Notes: generated by a model from the letters alone, not told the origin. DNA of 48,335 bases from a bacterium (GCA_004561785.1 SFUB01000001.1:1-48335); one strand, 5' to 3'. Positions 17,655 to 32,777 are shown, numbered from the stretch's first letter. Translations and numbers: made by a program.

Positions 17655-18859
17655 TCATTCGGCGTAGTTCCAAATCAGGAAGGCGCCGATGTTTCCGTTG
17701 TAATCCGTGATGTCGAAGTACCTTCTGCTCGCGCTCCAGCCGTCCAAAACGTCCAAGATGCATTTCCACTCCGTGACGTTGAAGAACAGCACTTTCTTCT
17801 CGAGTTTGTAAAAGCGATAGCCGAAAACGGCAATCTGATGGGACCCATACACGCCCGTTGACGTGGCGAATATGATAGGGGTAGAGCGGACGTCGAAATT
17901 ATTTTTGAAGTCTTCTGTTCCCACGTACCTGTTGTAATTGATTTCCTCCCACGAATCCAGCCTTGGATGTCATAAACGTTGGCGACACGCTCGGCCATCT
18001 GAGAAGTTTGCCAAATATCAAGGCCGCCCGGGTTTTCGGAATACCAAGTTGTCTGTGTTTGAAAAGAAGCACTCCTTACTTGACGATAGAGATCCGTCCG
18101 ATTTTTTACAGGGAGAGCCGAATAATCCTCCCCATATTTGCGTTCGACGCCATCCCGAAATTTATAGAGTTTTTTCTGAACGCTCATCGTAAGAAAATAG
18201 GAATACATCGCAGATTCCTCAAAACGAATGTCATAAGGCGAGGTCTTCTTCATCGCCGAAGGGAAAATGGAAGGCTTCGCGCCAGCCAGATAATCAAAAA
18301 CGTTATAACAAGCGGTTAGCGTGCAGTTGGGTTCGGCGTTGGCCCAGTAACCATTCCTTTCTTCCAGGTAATTGCCAAAATCTTGTTGGGTCGTACCCCT
18401 ATAATCAAGCGAAGTCCAGCAATCCAGTTTGCAATCCCTCCCGTACTTTTCCTCGATGTATTTCGATAAAGGGCGGGGATCTGCGGCGCTGCCGTAAAGC
18501 TCAGCCCCTCCATTCGGGACTATTCCCCGGGCTGGCAGTTCCGATTTCTGAGCCAAAAGTTCGCCGTCCTCTATGAGATCGCCCGAATAGGCGTTGAAGG
18601 TCAAAGAGGAATCGTGAGAAAGGTCAGCTTGCAGCAAGGAAACAGAGCCATAGCATTGATTGGACCCGCCCACGACGCACCCTTTCCCGCTTGAGAAAAG
18701 GAAAAGAGACCCCTCCAAGTCGCCAGAGGGGGTCTTCACGGAAAAAGGGTATTCGCCAACGAAGACCCCTATGTCGGAATCCGGAAAATAGAAAGAGGCG
18801 AGCTCCCTTACCTTTTCCTCCTTGCCCTTTTGGAAAGCCGTTGCCTTCCAAAAGGGCAA
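17655..18859 (-). pseudogene. Frameshifted papain-like (C10/streptopain-like) cysteine peptidase gene
   Basis: Two overlapping minus-strand ORFs, 17675..18859 and 17655..17924. The first reads sensibly up to ...ERVANVYDIQGW and then turns into low-complexity junk. The second frame, open from 17969, continues as DSWEEINYNRYVGTEDF...GSHQIAVFGY...DGWSASRRYFDI. The putative catalytic Cys context (NCTLTACYNVFDYL) and His context (GSHQIAVFGY) fall in different frames. There is no ATG start (TTG at 18859) and no in-frame signal peptide. Confidence 0.6.
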
Positions 18860-18979
18860 AAAAGAGAAGAGACGGCTGAAGCCAGAAGCAAAGACAGAAG
18901 TTTCCTTTATTTATCCTCCGAACCAAAAATAACAAGGAGGAAAATGGAAGACAAGGGGACGACCTATTGAGGATGAAAG

Positions 18980-19007
18980 AGGAAAAAAGCCCCTCCGAAG
19001 AGGGGCT
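18980..19007 (-). terminator. Intrinsic terminator of the str operon (after tuf)
   Basis: Minus strand reads AGCCCCTC-TTCG-GAGGGGCT followed by TTTTTT, 20 nt after the tuf stop. Confidence 0.88.
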
Positions 19008-19027
19008 AGTTGGCCATAGAGGCGAGA

Positions 19028-20245
19028 TCAATGAAGGATCTCAGCGACGGTGCCGGCGCCGACGGTCCTGCCACCCTCACGGATGGAGAACTTGGTGCCT
19101 TTTTCCATGGCGATCGGGTGGATCAGCTCAACGGTGAAGGTGACGTGGTCGCCAGGCATAACCATGTCGGTCCCAGCGGGGAGTTCGATGGTGCCGGTGA
19201 TGTCGGTCGTGCGGAAGAAGAACTGAGGACGATAGCCATTGAGGAAGTGGGTGTGACGGCCACCTTCCTCTTTGGTGAGGATGTAGGTGGTAGCGGTGAA
19301 CTTGTCGTGGGGGATGATGGATCCCGGCTTGGCAAGGACCTGGCCACGCTCGACCTGGTCGTGGGTGATGCCACGGAGGAGGGCGCCGATGTTGTCGCCG
19401 GATTCAGCGAAGTCGAGGGTCTTGCGGAACATCTCGAGGCCGGTGACGACGGTCTTCTGGGTGGGACGGATGCCGACGATTTCAGCTTCGTCGTTCATCT
19501 TGATCATACCACGCTCGACACGGCCGGTGACGACGGTGCCACGGCCGGAGATGGTCATGACGTCTTCGATCGGGAGAAGGAAGGGCTTGTCGGTGTCGCG
19601 GGTCGGATCGGGGACATAGGTGTCGAGGGCTTCGAGGAGCTCTTTGATGCAAGCGCAGGCGGGATCGTCCATGGAAGTGGCCTGGCCGGCTTTGAGGGCG
19701 GAACCCTTGATCACGGGGATCTCGTCTCCGGGGAAGCCGTATTTGCTGAGGAGGTCGCGGACGTCCATCTCGACGAGGTCGATGAGCTCAGGATCGTCGA
19801 CCATGTCGCACTTGTTGAGGAAGACGACGATATAAGGAACGCCGACCTGACGGGCGAGCAAGACGTGCTCACGGGTCTGAGGCATGACGCCATCGGTGGC
19901 GGCGACGACGAGGATCGCGGCGTCCATCTGGGCGGCGCCGGTGATCATGTTCTTGACGTAGTCAGCGTGCCCCGGGCAGTCGACGTGGGCGTAGTGACGC
20001 TTCTTGGTCTCGTATTCTTCGTGGGCGGAGTTGATCGTGATGCCACGAGCCCTTTCCTCGGGGCTGGAGTCGATGTCGCCATAGGCTTTGTCGACGGCAT
20101 TGCCCTCGGCGCCGTTGGTGGCTTTGCCAACCATGGCGAGGTAGTGGGTGATGGCCGCGGTAAGGGTGGTCTTGCCGTGGTCAACGTGGCCGATGGTACC
20201 GACGTTCATGTGAACGCGGTCACGGTTGAACTTTTCTTTTGCCAT
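19028..20245 (-). CDS. tuf: Elongation factor Tu
   Basis: [40 protein letters not shown] and NKCD motifs, 405 aa. GGAGGA SD present. Confidence 0.99.
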   Translation of the reverse strand: MAKEKFNRDRVHMNVGTIGHVDHGKTTLTAAITHYLAMVGKATNGAEGNAVDKAYGDIDSSPEERARGITINSAHEEYETKKRHYAHVDCPGHADYVKNMITGAAQMDAAILVVAATDGVMPQTREHVLLARQVGVPYIVVFLNKCDMVDDPELIDLVEMDVRDLLSKYGFPGDEIPVIKGSALKAGQATSMDDPACACIKELLEALDTYVPDPTRDTDKPFLLPIEDVMTISGRGTVVTGRVERGMIKMNDEAEIVGIRPTQKTVVTGLEMFRKTLDFAESGDNIGALLRGITHDQVERGQVLAKPGSIIPHDKFTATTYILTKEEGGRHTHFLNGYRPQFFFRTTDITGTIELPAGTDMVMPGDHVTFTVELIHPIAMEKGTKFSIREGGRTVGAGTVAEILH

Positions 20246-20305
20246 TTGTAATTTCCTCCAAAAATGGTCTTGTCGAAATTGGCGAATAAATATTAGGACA
20301 AGGGG

Positions 20306-20344
20306 GGCGGGGAAGCAATACTAGAAGTATTGGTTTTCCCCGCC
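20306..20344 (-). other. Stable stem-loop in the fusA-tuf spacer (no U-tract), overlapping a weak candidate tuf promoter
   Basis: Outer stem GGCGGGGAA/TTCCCCGCC (20306-20314 / 20336-20344), inner stem CAATAC/GTATTG, loop TAGAA. On the minus strand TTGCTT (20318-20313), 17 nt spacer, TAATAT (20295-20290) could act as a secondary promoter. Confidence 0.45.
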
Positions 20345-20365
20345 TCTTGAGCTAAACGTTTGGGG

Positions 20366-22462
20366 TTACTTCCCGCCGGTGGCCTTCTTGATGATGGCGT
20401 CCTGGACGAACCGCGGGGTCTCCCCGTAGTGGTCGAACTGCATCGTGAAGTTGCCGCGGCCCTGGGTGATCGAGCGAAGGTCGGTGACGTAGCCGAACAT
20501 CTCGGCGAGCGGGACTTCGCACTCGACTTCCTTCGCGTTGCCGCGCTGGGTCTCCCCGACCATGTTGCCACGTCTCCTGGCGATATCGCCGATGACGTCG
20601 CCGTAATACTGTTCGGGGACGGTGATCTCAACCTTCATGATCGGCTCGAGGATGACCGGATCACACTTCGGAGCGGCCGCTTTGAGGGCCATGGAAGCAG
20701 CGACTTTATAGGCGGCTTCGGAAGAGTCGACATCATGGTAGGACCCGTCGAAGAGGGTCGCCTTGAGGTCGATGAGGGGGTAGCCGGCGAGGACGCCGCG
20801 CTGAAGCGCGTCTTCCAAACCTTGCTGGGTCGGCTTGATGAATTCCTTCGGGACGGAGCCGCCGACGATGGCATCGACGAATTCGAAGCCTTTGCCGGGG
20901 TTCGGTTCGAAGCGGATCCAAACGTCGCCGTATTGGCCGTGGCCGCCGGTCTGTTTGATGTAGCGGCCTTCCGCTTCGCCGGTCTTGCGGATGGTTTCGC
21001 GGTAGTTGACCTGCGGGGCGCCGACGTTGACGTCGACTTTGAATTCGCGGCGCATACGCTCGACGAGGACGTCGAGCTGAAGCTCACCGACGCCGGCGAT
21101 GATGGTCTGGCCGGAATCCGCATCGGTGTGGACGCGGAAGGTCGGGTCTTCTTCGGCGAGTTTGGTGAGGGCGACGGACATCTTCTCCTGGTCGGCTTTG
21201 GTCTTAGGCTCAACGGCCTCTTCCAGAACCGGCTCGGGGAAGGTGAGCTGCTCGAGGATGACGTTGGTGTCTTCGTCGCAGAGGGTGTCGCCGGTGGTCG
21301 TGGACTTAAGTCCGACGACGGCTCCGATTTCTCCCGCGTGGAGGACGGAGACTTCCTGACGATGGTTCGCGTGCATCAAGACCAAACGGGCGATGCGCTC
21401 TTTCCCGCCGTGGGTGGAATTGAGGACGTAGCTGCCGGATTTAAGGACGCCCTGATAGACGCGGACATAAGCCAAACGTCCGATGAAGGGGTCGGTCGCG
21501 ATCTTGAAGGCCAAGCCGACGAAGGGCTTGTTGTCGGTCGCTTCGCAGACGTAGGGTTCGCCATCGATGGTCCCCTTCTCGCCCGGAATGTCCAAGGGGG
21601 AGGGGAGATAATCGACGACCGCGTCGAGAAGCGGCTGGATGCACTTGTTCTTGTAAGCGGAGCCGCAGAAGACGGGGAAGAAGGTCCCGGTCAAGACGGC
21701 TTTGCGGATGGCGGCTTTGATCATGTCGACGGGGACTTCCTCTCCGTCGAGGACGAGCATCATGATCTCATCGTCGAAGGAAGCGAGGTCTTCGAGGAGG
21801 ATCTGGCGGTAGTTTTCCACCTTTTCCTTATATTCCTCGGGGACATCGGTCACCTTCGGGGCATCGCCTTTGTCGGTCTCATAGATGTAGGCTTTGCGTT
21901 CGATGATGTCGATGCAGCCCTTGAAGTTGCCTTCCTTGCCGATCGGGCATTGGACGGCGTCGGCGTGCTTCTCGCCCAAGCGGGAATGGATGGACTCAAC
22001 GCACATATCGAAGTCGGCTCCGGTGGCATCCATCTTGTTGCAGAAGACGATGCGGGGGACGCCGTATTTGGTGCCCTGACGCCAAACGGTCTCGGTCTGG
22101 GGCTCAACGCCGTTTTTGGAGTCGAGAACGGTGATGGCGCCGTCAAGGACGCGGAGGGAGCGCTCGACTTCGACGGTGAAGTCGACGTGCCCTGGAGTGT
22201 CGATGATGTTGAAGCGGGTGCCCTTCCAGAAGCAGGTGGTGGCGGAAGAGGTGATGGTGATGCCCCTCTCCTGCTCTTCTTCCATCCAGTCCATGGTGGC
22301 GGTGCCTTCATGGACCTCGCCGATCTTGTGGGTGCGGCCGGTGTAGAAGAGGATACGCTCGGTGGTAGTGGTTTTGCCCGCGTCGATGTGGGCCATGATC
22401 CCGATATTGCGGGTATGGGGGAGGTCGTACGTTTCGGTTTCTTCGATTTCGTTCTCAGCCAT
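20366..22462 (-). CDS. fusA: Elongation factor G
   Basis: [32 protein letters not shown] and NKMD motifs, 698 aa. Confidence 0.99.
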   Translation of the reverse strand: MAENEIEETETYDLPHTRNIGIMAHIDAGKTTTTERILFYTGRTHKIGEVHEGTATMDWMEEEQERGITITSSATTCFWKGTRFNIIDTPGHVDFTVEVERSLRVLDGAITVLDSKNGVEPQTETVWRQGTKYGVPRIVFCNKMDATGADFDMCVESIHSRLGEKHADAVQCPIGKEGNFKGCIDIIERKAYIYETDKGDAPKVTDVPEEYKEKVENYRQILLEDLASFDDEIMMLVLDGEEVPVDMIKAAIRKAVLTGTFFPVFCGSAYKNKCIQPLLDAVVDYLPSPLDIPGEKGTIDGEPYVCEATDNKPFVGLAFKIATDPFIGRLAYVRVYQGVLKSGSYVLNSTHGGKERIARLVLMHANHRQEVSVLHAGEIGAVVGLKSTTTGDTLCDEDTNVILEQLTFPEPVLEEAVEPKTKADQEKMSVALTKLAEEDPTFRVHTDADSGQTIIAGVGELQLDVLVERMRREFKVDVNVGAPQVNYRETIRKTGEAEGRYIKQTGGHGQYGDVWIRFEPNPGKGFEFVDAIVGGSVPKEFIKPTQQGLEDALQRGVLAGYPLIDLKATLFDGSYHDVDSSEAAYKVAASMALKAAAPKCDPVILEPIMKVEITVPEQYYGDVIGDIARRRGNMVGETQRGNAKEVECEVPLAEMFGYVTDLRSITQGRGNFTMQFDHYGETPRFVQDAIIKKATGGK

Positions 22463-22482
22463 AAGGTTGCTCCTAAATCAGA

Positions 22483-22953
22483 TTAGAAACGATAGTGGGC
22501 GTAAGCTTTGTTGGCTTCGGCCATTTTGTGGACGTCTTCCTTCTTCTTGACGGAAGCACCGGTGCCGTTGGCGGCGTCGATGATCTCGCCGGCGAGCTTG
22601 TCTTCCATGCTCTTCTCGCCGCGGAGGCGGGAATAGGTGACGAGCCAGCGGAGGCCGAGGGTTTGTTTTCTCTCCTTGGAGACCTCGGTCGGGACCTGAT
22701 AGTTGGCGGCGCCGATGCGGCGGACCTTGAGCTCAACCTCGGGCATGATGTTGTTGATGGCGGTCGCGAAGATGTCGATGGCCGGTTTGCCGGTCTTGGC
22801 TTCGATCTTCTCGAAGGCCTTGTAGATGATGGTTTGGGCCGTGCCCCTCTTGCCGTCGTACATGACGCGGTTGATGAGGCGGGTGACGAGCTTGCTGTTA
22901 TAAACAGGATCTGGCAAGACGTCGCGTTTTTCAACAGAACCTTTTCTTGGCAT
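22483..22953 (-). CDS. rpsG: 30S ribosomal protein S7
   Basis: [31 protein letters not shown]..., 156 aa, conserved position between rpsL and fusA. Confidence 0.98.
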   Translation of the reverse strand: MPRKGSVEKRDVLPDPVYNSKLVTRLINRVMYDGKRGTAQTIIYKAFEKIEAKTGKPAIDIFATAINNIMPEVELKVRRIGAANYQVPTEVSKERKQTLGLRWLVTYSRLRGEKSMEDKLAGEIIDAANGTGASVKKKEDVHKMAEANKAYAHYRF

Positions 22954-22964
22954 GGTAATTCTCC

Positions 22965-23384
22965 TTACTTAGAGGCCTTGGGCTTCTTGGTCCCATAGAG
23001 GGAACGCCCCTGACGGCGGGCATCGATGCCGGCGCAGTCGAGGCAGCCGCGGATGATGTGGTAACGAACGCCCGGCAGGTCTTTGACACGGCCGCCGCGG
23101 ATCATGACGGTCGAGTGCTCCTGGAGGTTGTGGCCTTCGCCGCCGATGTAGGCAGTGACTTCGTATCCGTTGGAAAGGCGGACACGGGCGTACTTCCTAA
23201 GAGCGGAGTTCGGCTTCTTCGGGGTCATGGTGCCCACACGGGTGCAGACGCCACGCTTCTGGGCGGAGGGCTGGCTGGAGTTGCGCTTGGTCAAAGAGTT
23301 CCAGCGACGTCCCAAAGCGGGGGTCTTGGATTTCTTGACCGCGGACTTGCGGCCCTGCCTAACGAGTTGGTTAATGGTTGGCAT
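22965..23384 (-). CDS. rpsL: 30S ribosomal protein S12
   Basis: [13 protein letters not shown]...[19 protein letters not shown]...[13 protein letters not shown], 139 aa. Confidence 0.98.
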   Translation of the reverse strand: MPTINQLVRQGRKSAVKKSKTPALGRRWNSLTKRNSSQPSAQKRGVCTRVGTMTPKKPNSALRKYARVRLSNGYEVTAYIGGEGHNLQEHSTVMIRGGRVKDLPGVRYHIIRGCLDCAGIDARRQGRSLYGTKKPKASK

Positions 23385-23481
23385 GTTTGTGTTTCTCCTT
23401 CTTTAATTCACACAATACCCGGTGTATCCAGCACCGGGGTAAATAAAAGGGGCAAAACCCTCTTACTTACGTCCGGGGGTG

Positions 23482-23511
23482 ATGATAAACCGGCCCAATA
23501 GGGCCTGTCAA
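23482..23511 (-). promoter_or_regulatory. Candidate sigma-70 promoter of the rpsL-rpsG-fusA-tuf operon
   Basis: Minus strand reads TTGACA (23511-23506), 18 nt spacer, TATCAT (23487-23482), giving a ~90-nt leader with a 7-bp hairpin CCCGGTG-CTGGATA-CACCGGG. Confidence 0.5.
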
Positions 23512-23729
23512 CATAGTTTTTCGCTTTTTCGAATATACCACAAGGCCCGGTGTATCATTTTGGGCACAGTGCACAATAAAAAGGCGGTTTCGCCGTCCCA
23601 GCACCCTATATAGATTAAGGATACGGAGAAGGCGGCATACTGCTGCTAGAATATCGAAGGAAAAAGCACAAATGGCATTTCTAAATCTAGGCTTGGCCGC
23701 TTTGGCTTTCTTTTTGATTTGAGCCGAAA

Positions 23730-23768
23730 AACAGGAAGAAAAAGCCCACCCCCTTTCGGAGATGGGCT
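23730..23768 (-). terminator. Intrinsic terminator after rpoC
   Basis: Minus strand reads AGCCCATC-TCCGAAAGGG-GGTGGGCT (one G-U pair) followed by TTTTCTTCCTGTTTTT, 12 nt after the rpoC stop. Confidence 0.75.
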
Positions 23769-23780
23769 CAGGGGAAGAGG

Positions 23781-27851
<4,071 letters not shown>

Positions 27852-27871
27852 GTTTGTTACCTCGCTTTCCT

Positions 27872-30800
27872 TCATTCCTCATCCCCGGAGCTGACGTTCC
27901 TGGAGATGGTGAGTCCCTCTTCCTCGGCGAGGTCATTGCTGACTTCGACGGTGGCGGTGGGATCAACGGCCTCCTCGCGCGGAGACATGGCGTTGCGGAT
28001 GGAGGAGTTGACCTTCCTCTCTTCGATCAGGGCCTTCTTGGCGAGATCGTCGAGGTTGATCTGAGAACCATCCTTCTTATAAAGGGTGACGTTGAGGCAG
28101 AGGCCCTTGAGCTCCTTGACCAAGACCTTGAAGGCCTCGGGCATGCCCGGAGTCGGGATGTCCTTCTGCTTGATGATGGCTTCGTAGGCCCTCCTTCTGC
28201 CGACGCGATCGTCGGATTTGATGGTGAGCATCTCTTGGAGGGTGTGCGCGGCGCCGTAGGCTTCGAGGGCCCAGACTTCCATTTCGCCGAAGCGCTGGCC
28301 GCCGTTCTGGGCTTTGCCACCCAAAGGCTGCTGCGTGACGAGGGAATAAGGCCCGGTGGCGCGGGCGTGGAGTTTGTCGTCGACCATGTGCACGAGTTTG
28401 ATCATGTACTGGACGCCGACGGAGATCCTTTCGCCGAAGGGTTCGCCAGTCTGGCCATCGTAGAGGACGGTCTTGCCATCTTCGGAGAGGCCGGCTTTCT
28501 TCATCAGGTCGAAGAGCTCATCGTTGCTCACGCCGTCGAAGACGGGGGTGGCGACCCTCATCTGCAGCTTGCGGCAAGCCAAGCCCAAGTGGACCTCGAG
28601 AATCTGACCGATGTTCATACGGGAAGGAACGCCCATCGGGGAGAGGAGGATGTCGATCGGGGTGCCGTCGGCGAGGAAGGGCATGTCCTGGATCGGGAGG
28701 ATCTTGGAGATGACGCCCTTGTTGCCGTGGCGGCCGGACATCTTGTCGCCTTCGGAGATCTTCCTCTTCTGGACGATGTAGACGCGGACGACCATGTTGA
28801 CTCCCGGCGGGAGCGGGTCTTTGTTCTTGCGGGAGAAGATCTTCACCGCATGGACGATGCCGGCGCCGCCGTGGGGAACGCGGAGGGAGGAATCCTTCCC
28901 TTCCTTGGTCTTCTCGGCGAAGATCGCCATGAGAAGCTTCTCTTCAGGCGTGGGCTCGGTCTGGCCCTTCGGGGTGACTTTGCCTACAAGGATGTCGCCT
29001 TCTTTGACTTCGGCGCCCGGGATGATGATGCCCCTCTCGTCGAGGAAGGCTTTCGCCTCTTCGCCGACGTTGGGGACGTCGCGGGTGATCTCTTCGACGC
29101 CGAGTTTGGTGTCGCGGCACTCGATTTCGTATTTCTCGATGTGGACGGAGGTGTAGACGTCATCCTTGACCATGCGCTCAGACATGATGATGGCGTCTTC
29201 GTAGTTGTATCCGTGCCAGGTCATGTAAGCGACCAAGACGTTGTGGCCGAGGGCCAGTTCGCCATGGCGCATGGCCGGGCCGTCGGCGATGATGTCGCCG
29301 GCTTTGACCTGGTCGCCCACGTGGACGATCGGGGTCTGGTTCATGCAGGTGCCGTTGTTGGTACGGTCGAATTTCTGCAGGTTGTAGGTGGTCTTTTCCT
29401 TGCCGGACTTCGTGACGATGGTCTTGGAGTCCATGTAGGTGACTTCCCCATCTTTGGTGGCGACGACGGCCAAGCCGGAGTCGCGGGCGATGAGCTGCTC
29501 CATGCCGGTCCCGACGTAGGGGATCTCCGGGGAGAGAAGCGGCAAAGCCTGACGCTGCATGTTGGCGCCCATCAAGGCGCGGGTCGCGTCATCGTGATCG
29601 AGGAAGGGGATGCTCGCCGCGGCGATCGAGACGATCTGACGCGGGGAGACGTCGACGAAGTTGACCTTCTCCTTCTCGGTTTCGAGGTTGTCCTCGTCAT
29701 GGCGGGCGACGACTTTGTCATCGAGGATCTCCTTGACGAGGCAATCGTGCTCGACGTTCGGATAGATGGATTTGAGGTGGGTCGCTTCGCCAAGGCGGAT
29801 ATTGGCTTCAGCAACGTAGAGGCCCCTCTCGGCGTCGGCAGAGAGGTACTTAGCGCGGTATTCGACCGAGCCGTCATCCTTGAAATCGCCCTCCACGACG
29901 AAGGCGCGGCCATCGTCCATGTGAAGGACTTCGCGGAACGGGGTCTCAACGAAGCCGTGCTCATTGATCTTCGCGTAGCAGGCGAGGTTGTTGATAAGGC
30001 CGATGTTCTGGCCTTCCGGAGATTCGATCGGGCAGATGCGGCCGTAGTGGGTGTAGTGGACGTCGCGGACTTCCATGGAAGCGCGATCGCGGGCAAGGCC
30101 GCCAGGGCCGAGGGCCGAGATGCGGCGCTTGTTGGTGAGCTCGGCCAGCGGGTTGACCTGATCCATGAACTGGGAGAGTTGGCTGGAGGAGAAGAACTCG
30201 CGGACGGAGGAGGACAGCGGGCGGATGTTGACCAAAGACTGGGGAGTCATGCTCTCGGAGTCGGAGATGGACATCTTCTGCTGGACGTTCTTGGCCATCT
30301 TGGCGAGGCCGTTGCGGAACTGGTTCTGCAGCAATTCGCCGACGCAGCGGATGCGGCGGTTGCCCAAGTGGTCGATGTCGTCGGTCTGGCCGATCCCGAA
30401 TTGGATGTTGCAGAAGTAAGAGAAGCAAGCGACCATGTCGGAGATGGTGACGCGGGAAAGGGTCAGATTGAGGTCGGTGCCGACCACGGGGACGATGTCC
30501 TCGCCTTCCTTATCCTCCGCGTAGACGTGGACGATGTTGACGTTGGAGTGGGTGTCGAGCCTCTCGTTGACGTTCAGTTTGACGGCGTAGTTGCCCCTTT
30601 CGAAGAACTCGCTGTCGCGGAGGGATTGGACATCCTCTTTGGAGAGTTTGTGGCCCTTCTCGAAAACGGTGACGGGGAGAACGAGCTCGCCGTTTGCGTC
30701 GATGATGTGGCCGGCGTCGTCGACGATGTAGCCGTCGCCTTCCTGGTGGGAATCGACGAGGTCTTCGGCCAAGACGCGCCCGGCAAGGCGATCGTAGATG

Positions 30801-31684
30801 CCGAGCTTCTGGGCGTATTTGAAGCGGCCCGCGTGGCCGAGGTCATTGCGCTTCTCGTCGAAGAATTTGGTGACGAGGAAGTCGATGGTGCCCTCTTCGG
30901 TGACCGGCTCGCCAGGTTTGAGTTTCTGGAAGATGTCGATCAAGGCGCGGGCGGAATTGGTGATGCTCTTGTCTTTGGCAAGGGTGTTCTCCAAAGCGTC
31001 GGACTTTCCGAAAAGCTCGAAGAGCTGCTCTTCTTTGTCGAGGCCCAAGGCCTTGAAGAAAGTGGTGGCAGGCATTTTCCTCTGCCTGTCGATGCGGACG
31101 TAGAGGACGCCTTTGAGATCGCTCTCGAACTGCAGCCAGGTGCCGCGGGACGGGGTGATTTCCCCGTTATAGATATGGACGCCGCTCTTGTCGATGGTGT
31201 CTTGGAAATAGGCGCCGGGTGAACGGACGATCTGGGAGACGATGACCCTTTCGGCGCCGTTAACGATGAAGGTACCGGATTCGGTCATCAAAGGCAATTC
31301 GCCCATGAAGACCTCGGAGTCTTTGATCTCGCCGCTATTGAGGACGAGGCGAAGGGTGACTTTGATCTTGCTTGAATAGGTCATGTCGCCCGCTTTGCAT
31401 TCAAGCGGGGTGTACTTCGGCTCTTCGAGGCGGCAGGAAACGTAGTCGATGCGGCTGTCCTTGTTGAAGGAATCGATGGGGAAAACTTCGCGGAAGATTT
31501 CATCGAGGCCTTGTTTGAGGAACCAGCGGTAGGAATCGGTCTGGATTTCAACCAAATAGGGGAGCGGAAGCTTCCCGGAGATTTTGGAGAAGTTGATGCG
31601 GCCGTTGGCGCCTACGGGGTAGGGAACGCCATTGGGATCTTTGTAATCCAGAAGCTGATGGTCGAATTTTTCTTCTTGTGGCAT
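27872..31684 (-). CDS. rpoB: DNA-directed RNA polymerase subunit beta
   Basis: 1270 aa with [42 protein letters not shown] and [59 protein letters not shown] present. Confidence 0.99.
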   Translation of the reverse strand: MPQEEKFDHQLLDYKDPNGVPYPVGANGRINFSKISGKLPLPYLVEIQTDSYRWFLKQGLDEIFREVFPIDSFNKDSRIDYVSCRLEEPKYTPLECKAGDMTYSSKIKVTLRLVLNSGEIKDSEVFMGELPLMTESGTFIVNGAERVIVSQIVRSPGAYFQDTIDKSGVHIYNGEITPSRGTWLQFESDLKGVLYVRIDRQRKMPATTFFKALGLDKEEQLFELFGKSDALENTLAKDKSITNSARALIDIFQKLKPGEPVTEEGTIDFLVTKFFDEKRNDLGHAGRFKYAQKLGIYDRLAGRVLAEDLVDSHQEGDGYIVDDAGHIIDANGELVLPVTVFEKGHKLSKEDVQSLRDSEFFERGNYAVKLNVNERLDTHSNVNIVHVYAEDKEGEDIVPVVGTDLNLTLSRVTISDMVACFSYFCNIQFGIGQTDDIDHLGNRRIRCVGELLQNQFRNGLAKMAKNVQQKMSISDSESMTPQSLVNIRPLSSSVREFFSSSQLSQFMDQVNPLAELTNKRRISALGPGGLARDRASMEVRDVHYTHYGRICPIESPEGQNIGLINNLACYAKINEHGFVETPFREVLHMDDGRAFVVEGDFKDDGSVEYRAKYLSADAERGLYVAEANIRLGEATHLKSIYPNVEHDCLVKEILDDKVVARHDEDNLETEKEKVNFVDVSPRQIVSIAAASIPFLDHDDATRALMGANMQRQALPLLSPEIPYVGTGMEQLIARDSGLAVVATKDGEVTYMDSKTIVTKSGKEKTTYNLQKFDRTNNGTCMNQTPIVHVGDQVKAGDIIADGPAMRHGELALGHNVLVAYMTWHGYNYEDAIIMSERMVKDDVYTSVHIEKYEIECRDTKLGVEEITRDVPNVGEEAKAFLDERGIIIPGAEVKEGDILVGKVTPKGQTEPTPEEKLLMAIFAEKTKEGKDSSLRVPHGGAGIVHAVKIFSRKNKDPLPPGVNMVVRVYIVQKRKISEGDKMSGRHGNKGVISKILPIQDMPFLADGTPIDILLSPMGVPSRMNIGQILEVHLGLACRKLQMRVATPVFDGVSNDELFDLMKKAGLSEDGKTVLYDGQTGEPFGERISVGVQYMIKLVHMVDDKLHARATGPYSLVTQQPLGGKAQNGGQRFGEMEVWALEAYGAAHTLQEMLTIKSDDRVGRRRAYEAIIKQKDIPTPGMPEAFKVLVKELKGLCLNVTLYKKDGSQINLDDLAKKALIEERKVNSSIRNAMSPREEAVDPTATVEVSNDLAEEEGLTISRNVSSGDEE

Positions 31685-31694
31685 GTGTTGCTCC

Positions 31695-32294
31695 TTATTT
31701 TCGCGCGATGAGAATTTGGAAGCCCTTATGGCGGGCTTTCACCTCCACTTTCCGGAAAAGGGTTTGGAGGTAGCGGAAGCAGGACTCAGCGCCCTGCTGT
31801 TTTCGGATGACTAGGATCAAGGAGCCATCTTGATGAAGGTGGCTAGGTGCGCCCGCGTACATCGCGTACGTAACCTTTTTACCCGCGCGTATAGGCGGGT
31901 TGGTTACGATTGTGGAGAAAGAGGAAGTCGTAAGGTTGTTGTAGACGTCTGAGTGGACGAGCTCGACTTGGTCGCTGACGCCGAGGTTGACGGCGTTTTT
32001 CTTTGCGCATTCGAGGGCCCGATCGTTCACGTCGGCTAGGACGACGTGGCGGGAAGGGTCAGTGTGAGCCAGGATTAGTCCGATAGGTCCGACTCCACAC
32101 CCGAGGTCCAAGATATTCGTCCCAAGGTCGGTCTTGGCGATGGTTTCAAGCAGTAGCCTAGTGCCATCGTCAAGGCCGTCTTTGGAGAAGACCCCTGCGT
32201 CGCTTTGGAAGGAATAACGCTCGCCCAACAGTTCGAACTGATAGGTGATGTCTTGGTGGGCCAAGCCTTCTACATTGTCGAAATATTGGCTCAT
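31695..32294 (-). CDS. Class I SAM-dependent methyltransferase (RsmC/MTS small-domain type, YbxB-like)
   Basis: 199 aa with ILDLGCGVGPIG (SAM motif I) and VTNPPIRAGK (NPPxxxG motif IV). It occupies the rplL-rpoB position held by ybxB in Bacillus. Confidence 0.85.
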   Translation of the reverse strand: MSQYFDNVEGLAHQDITYQFELLGERYSFQSDAGVFSKDGLDDGTRLLLETIAKTDLGTNILDLGCGVGPIGLILAHTDPSRHVVLADVNDRALECAKKNAVNLGVSDQVELVHSDVYNNLTTSSFSTIVTNPPIRAGKKVTYAMYAGAPSHLHQDGSLILVIRKQQGAESCFRYLQTLFRKVEVKARHKGFQILIARK

Positions 32295-32307
32295 TTTTCA
32301 CTCCTCT

Positions 32308-32352
32308 AGAAACGCAAGAACCCCGCCCAAGGGAGACGTGCCCCTGGGCGGG
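32308..32352 (-). terminator. Hairpin/attenuator downstream of rplL
   Basis: Minus strand reads CCCGCCCAGGGG-CACGTCT-CCCTTGGGCGGG (one mismatch) followed by GTTCTTGCGTTTCT. An rplL-rpoB attenuator is a known feature of this operon. Confidence 0.5.
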
Positions 32353-32382
32353 TTTCGGGTAGATTGGTTGTAAAAGCCGAAA

Positions 32383-32757
32383 TTACTTGATTTCGACTTC
32401 GGCGCCGGCGGCGACAAGAGCCTTCTTGTGCTCCTCGGCTTCGACCGGGGAGATGTGCTCTTTGATCGGGGCGGGGACGGCGTCGACGAGCTTCTTGGCA
32501 TCCATCAAGCCAAGGCCGGTGATGGCCTGGACGGCTTTGATGACGGCGACTTTAGATCCGCCGACGGCTTTGAGGATGAGGGAGACCTCAGCGGGTCCCT
32601 TCTTGACTTCCTCTTCTTCGGCCGGAGCAGCGGCAGCGGTCGCGACGGCGGCGGTGACGCCGAAGGCTTCTTCGACGGCCTTGACGAGGTCCGCGAGTTC
32701 GAGGGCGGTGTACTCTTTCAAGGATTCAACGATCTCTTCTTTGGTGAGCTTAGCCAT
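32383..32757 (-). CDS. rplL: 50S ribosomal protein L7/L12
   Basis: 124 aa, [34 protein letters not shown]... Ala-rich hinge ...[19 protein letters not shown]. Confidence 0.98.
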   Translation of the reverse strand: MAKLTKEEIVESLKEYTALELADLVKAVEEAFGVTAAVATAAAAPAEEEEVKKGPAEVSLILKAVGGSKVAVIKAVQAITGLGLMDAKKLVDAVPAPIKEHISPVEAEEHKKALVAAGAEVEIK

Positions 32758-32777
32758 TTTTGTTTACCTCCATTGGC

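Noticed and set aside
17950-17972. Programmed ribosomal frameshift as an explanation for the split peptidase gene.
   Set aside because: There is no X-XXY-YYZ slippery heptamer or downstream structure at the junction. The N-terminus also looks damaged, so pseudogenisation or a sequencing indel is the simpler reading.
18624-19031. 135-aa minus-strand ORF spanning the tuf stop region.
   Set aside because: It runs through the tuf terminator hairpin and overlaps the start of the peptidase pseudogene. The sequence does not look protein-like.
23672-23722. 16-aa hydrophobic plus-strand mini-ORF (MAFLNLGLAALAFFLI) with AAGGA 10 nt upstream, considered as a type I toxin-like peptide.
   Set aside because: It is too short, has a poor SD spacing and has no convincing promoter or antisense partner. 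It is noted only as something to re-examine if transcription is seen here.
27872-27874. Mycoplasma-type genetic code (TGA read as Trp), considered because the locus looks Mollicutes-like.
   Set aside because: TGA terminates rpoB, the SBP1 gene, hydC and other genes at the expected protein ends. All conserved genes are intact under the standard code.
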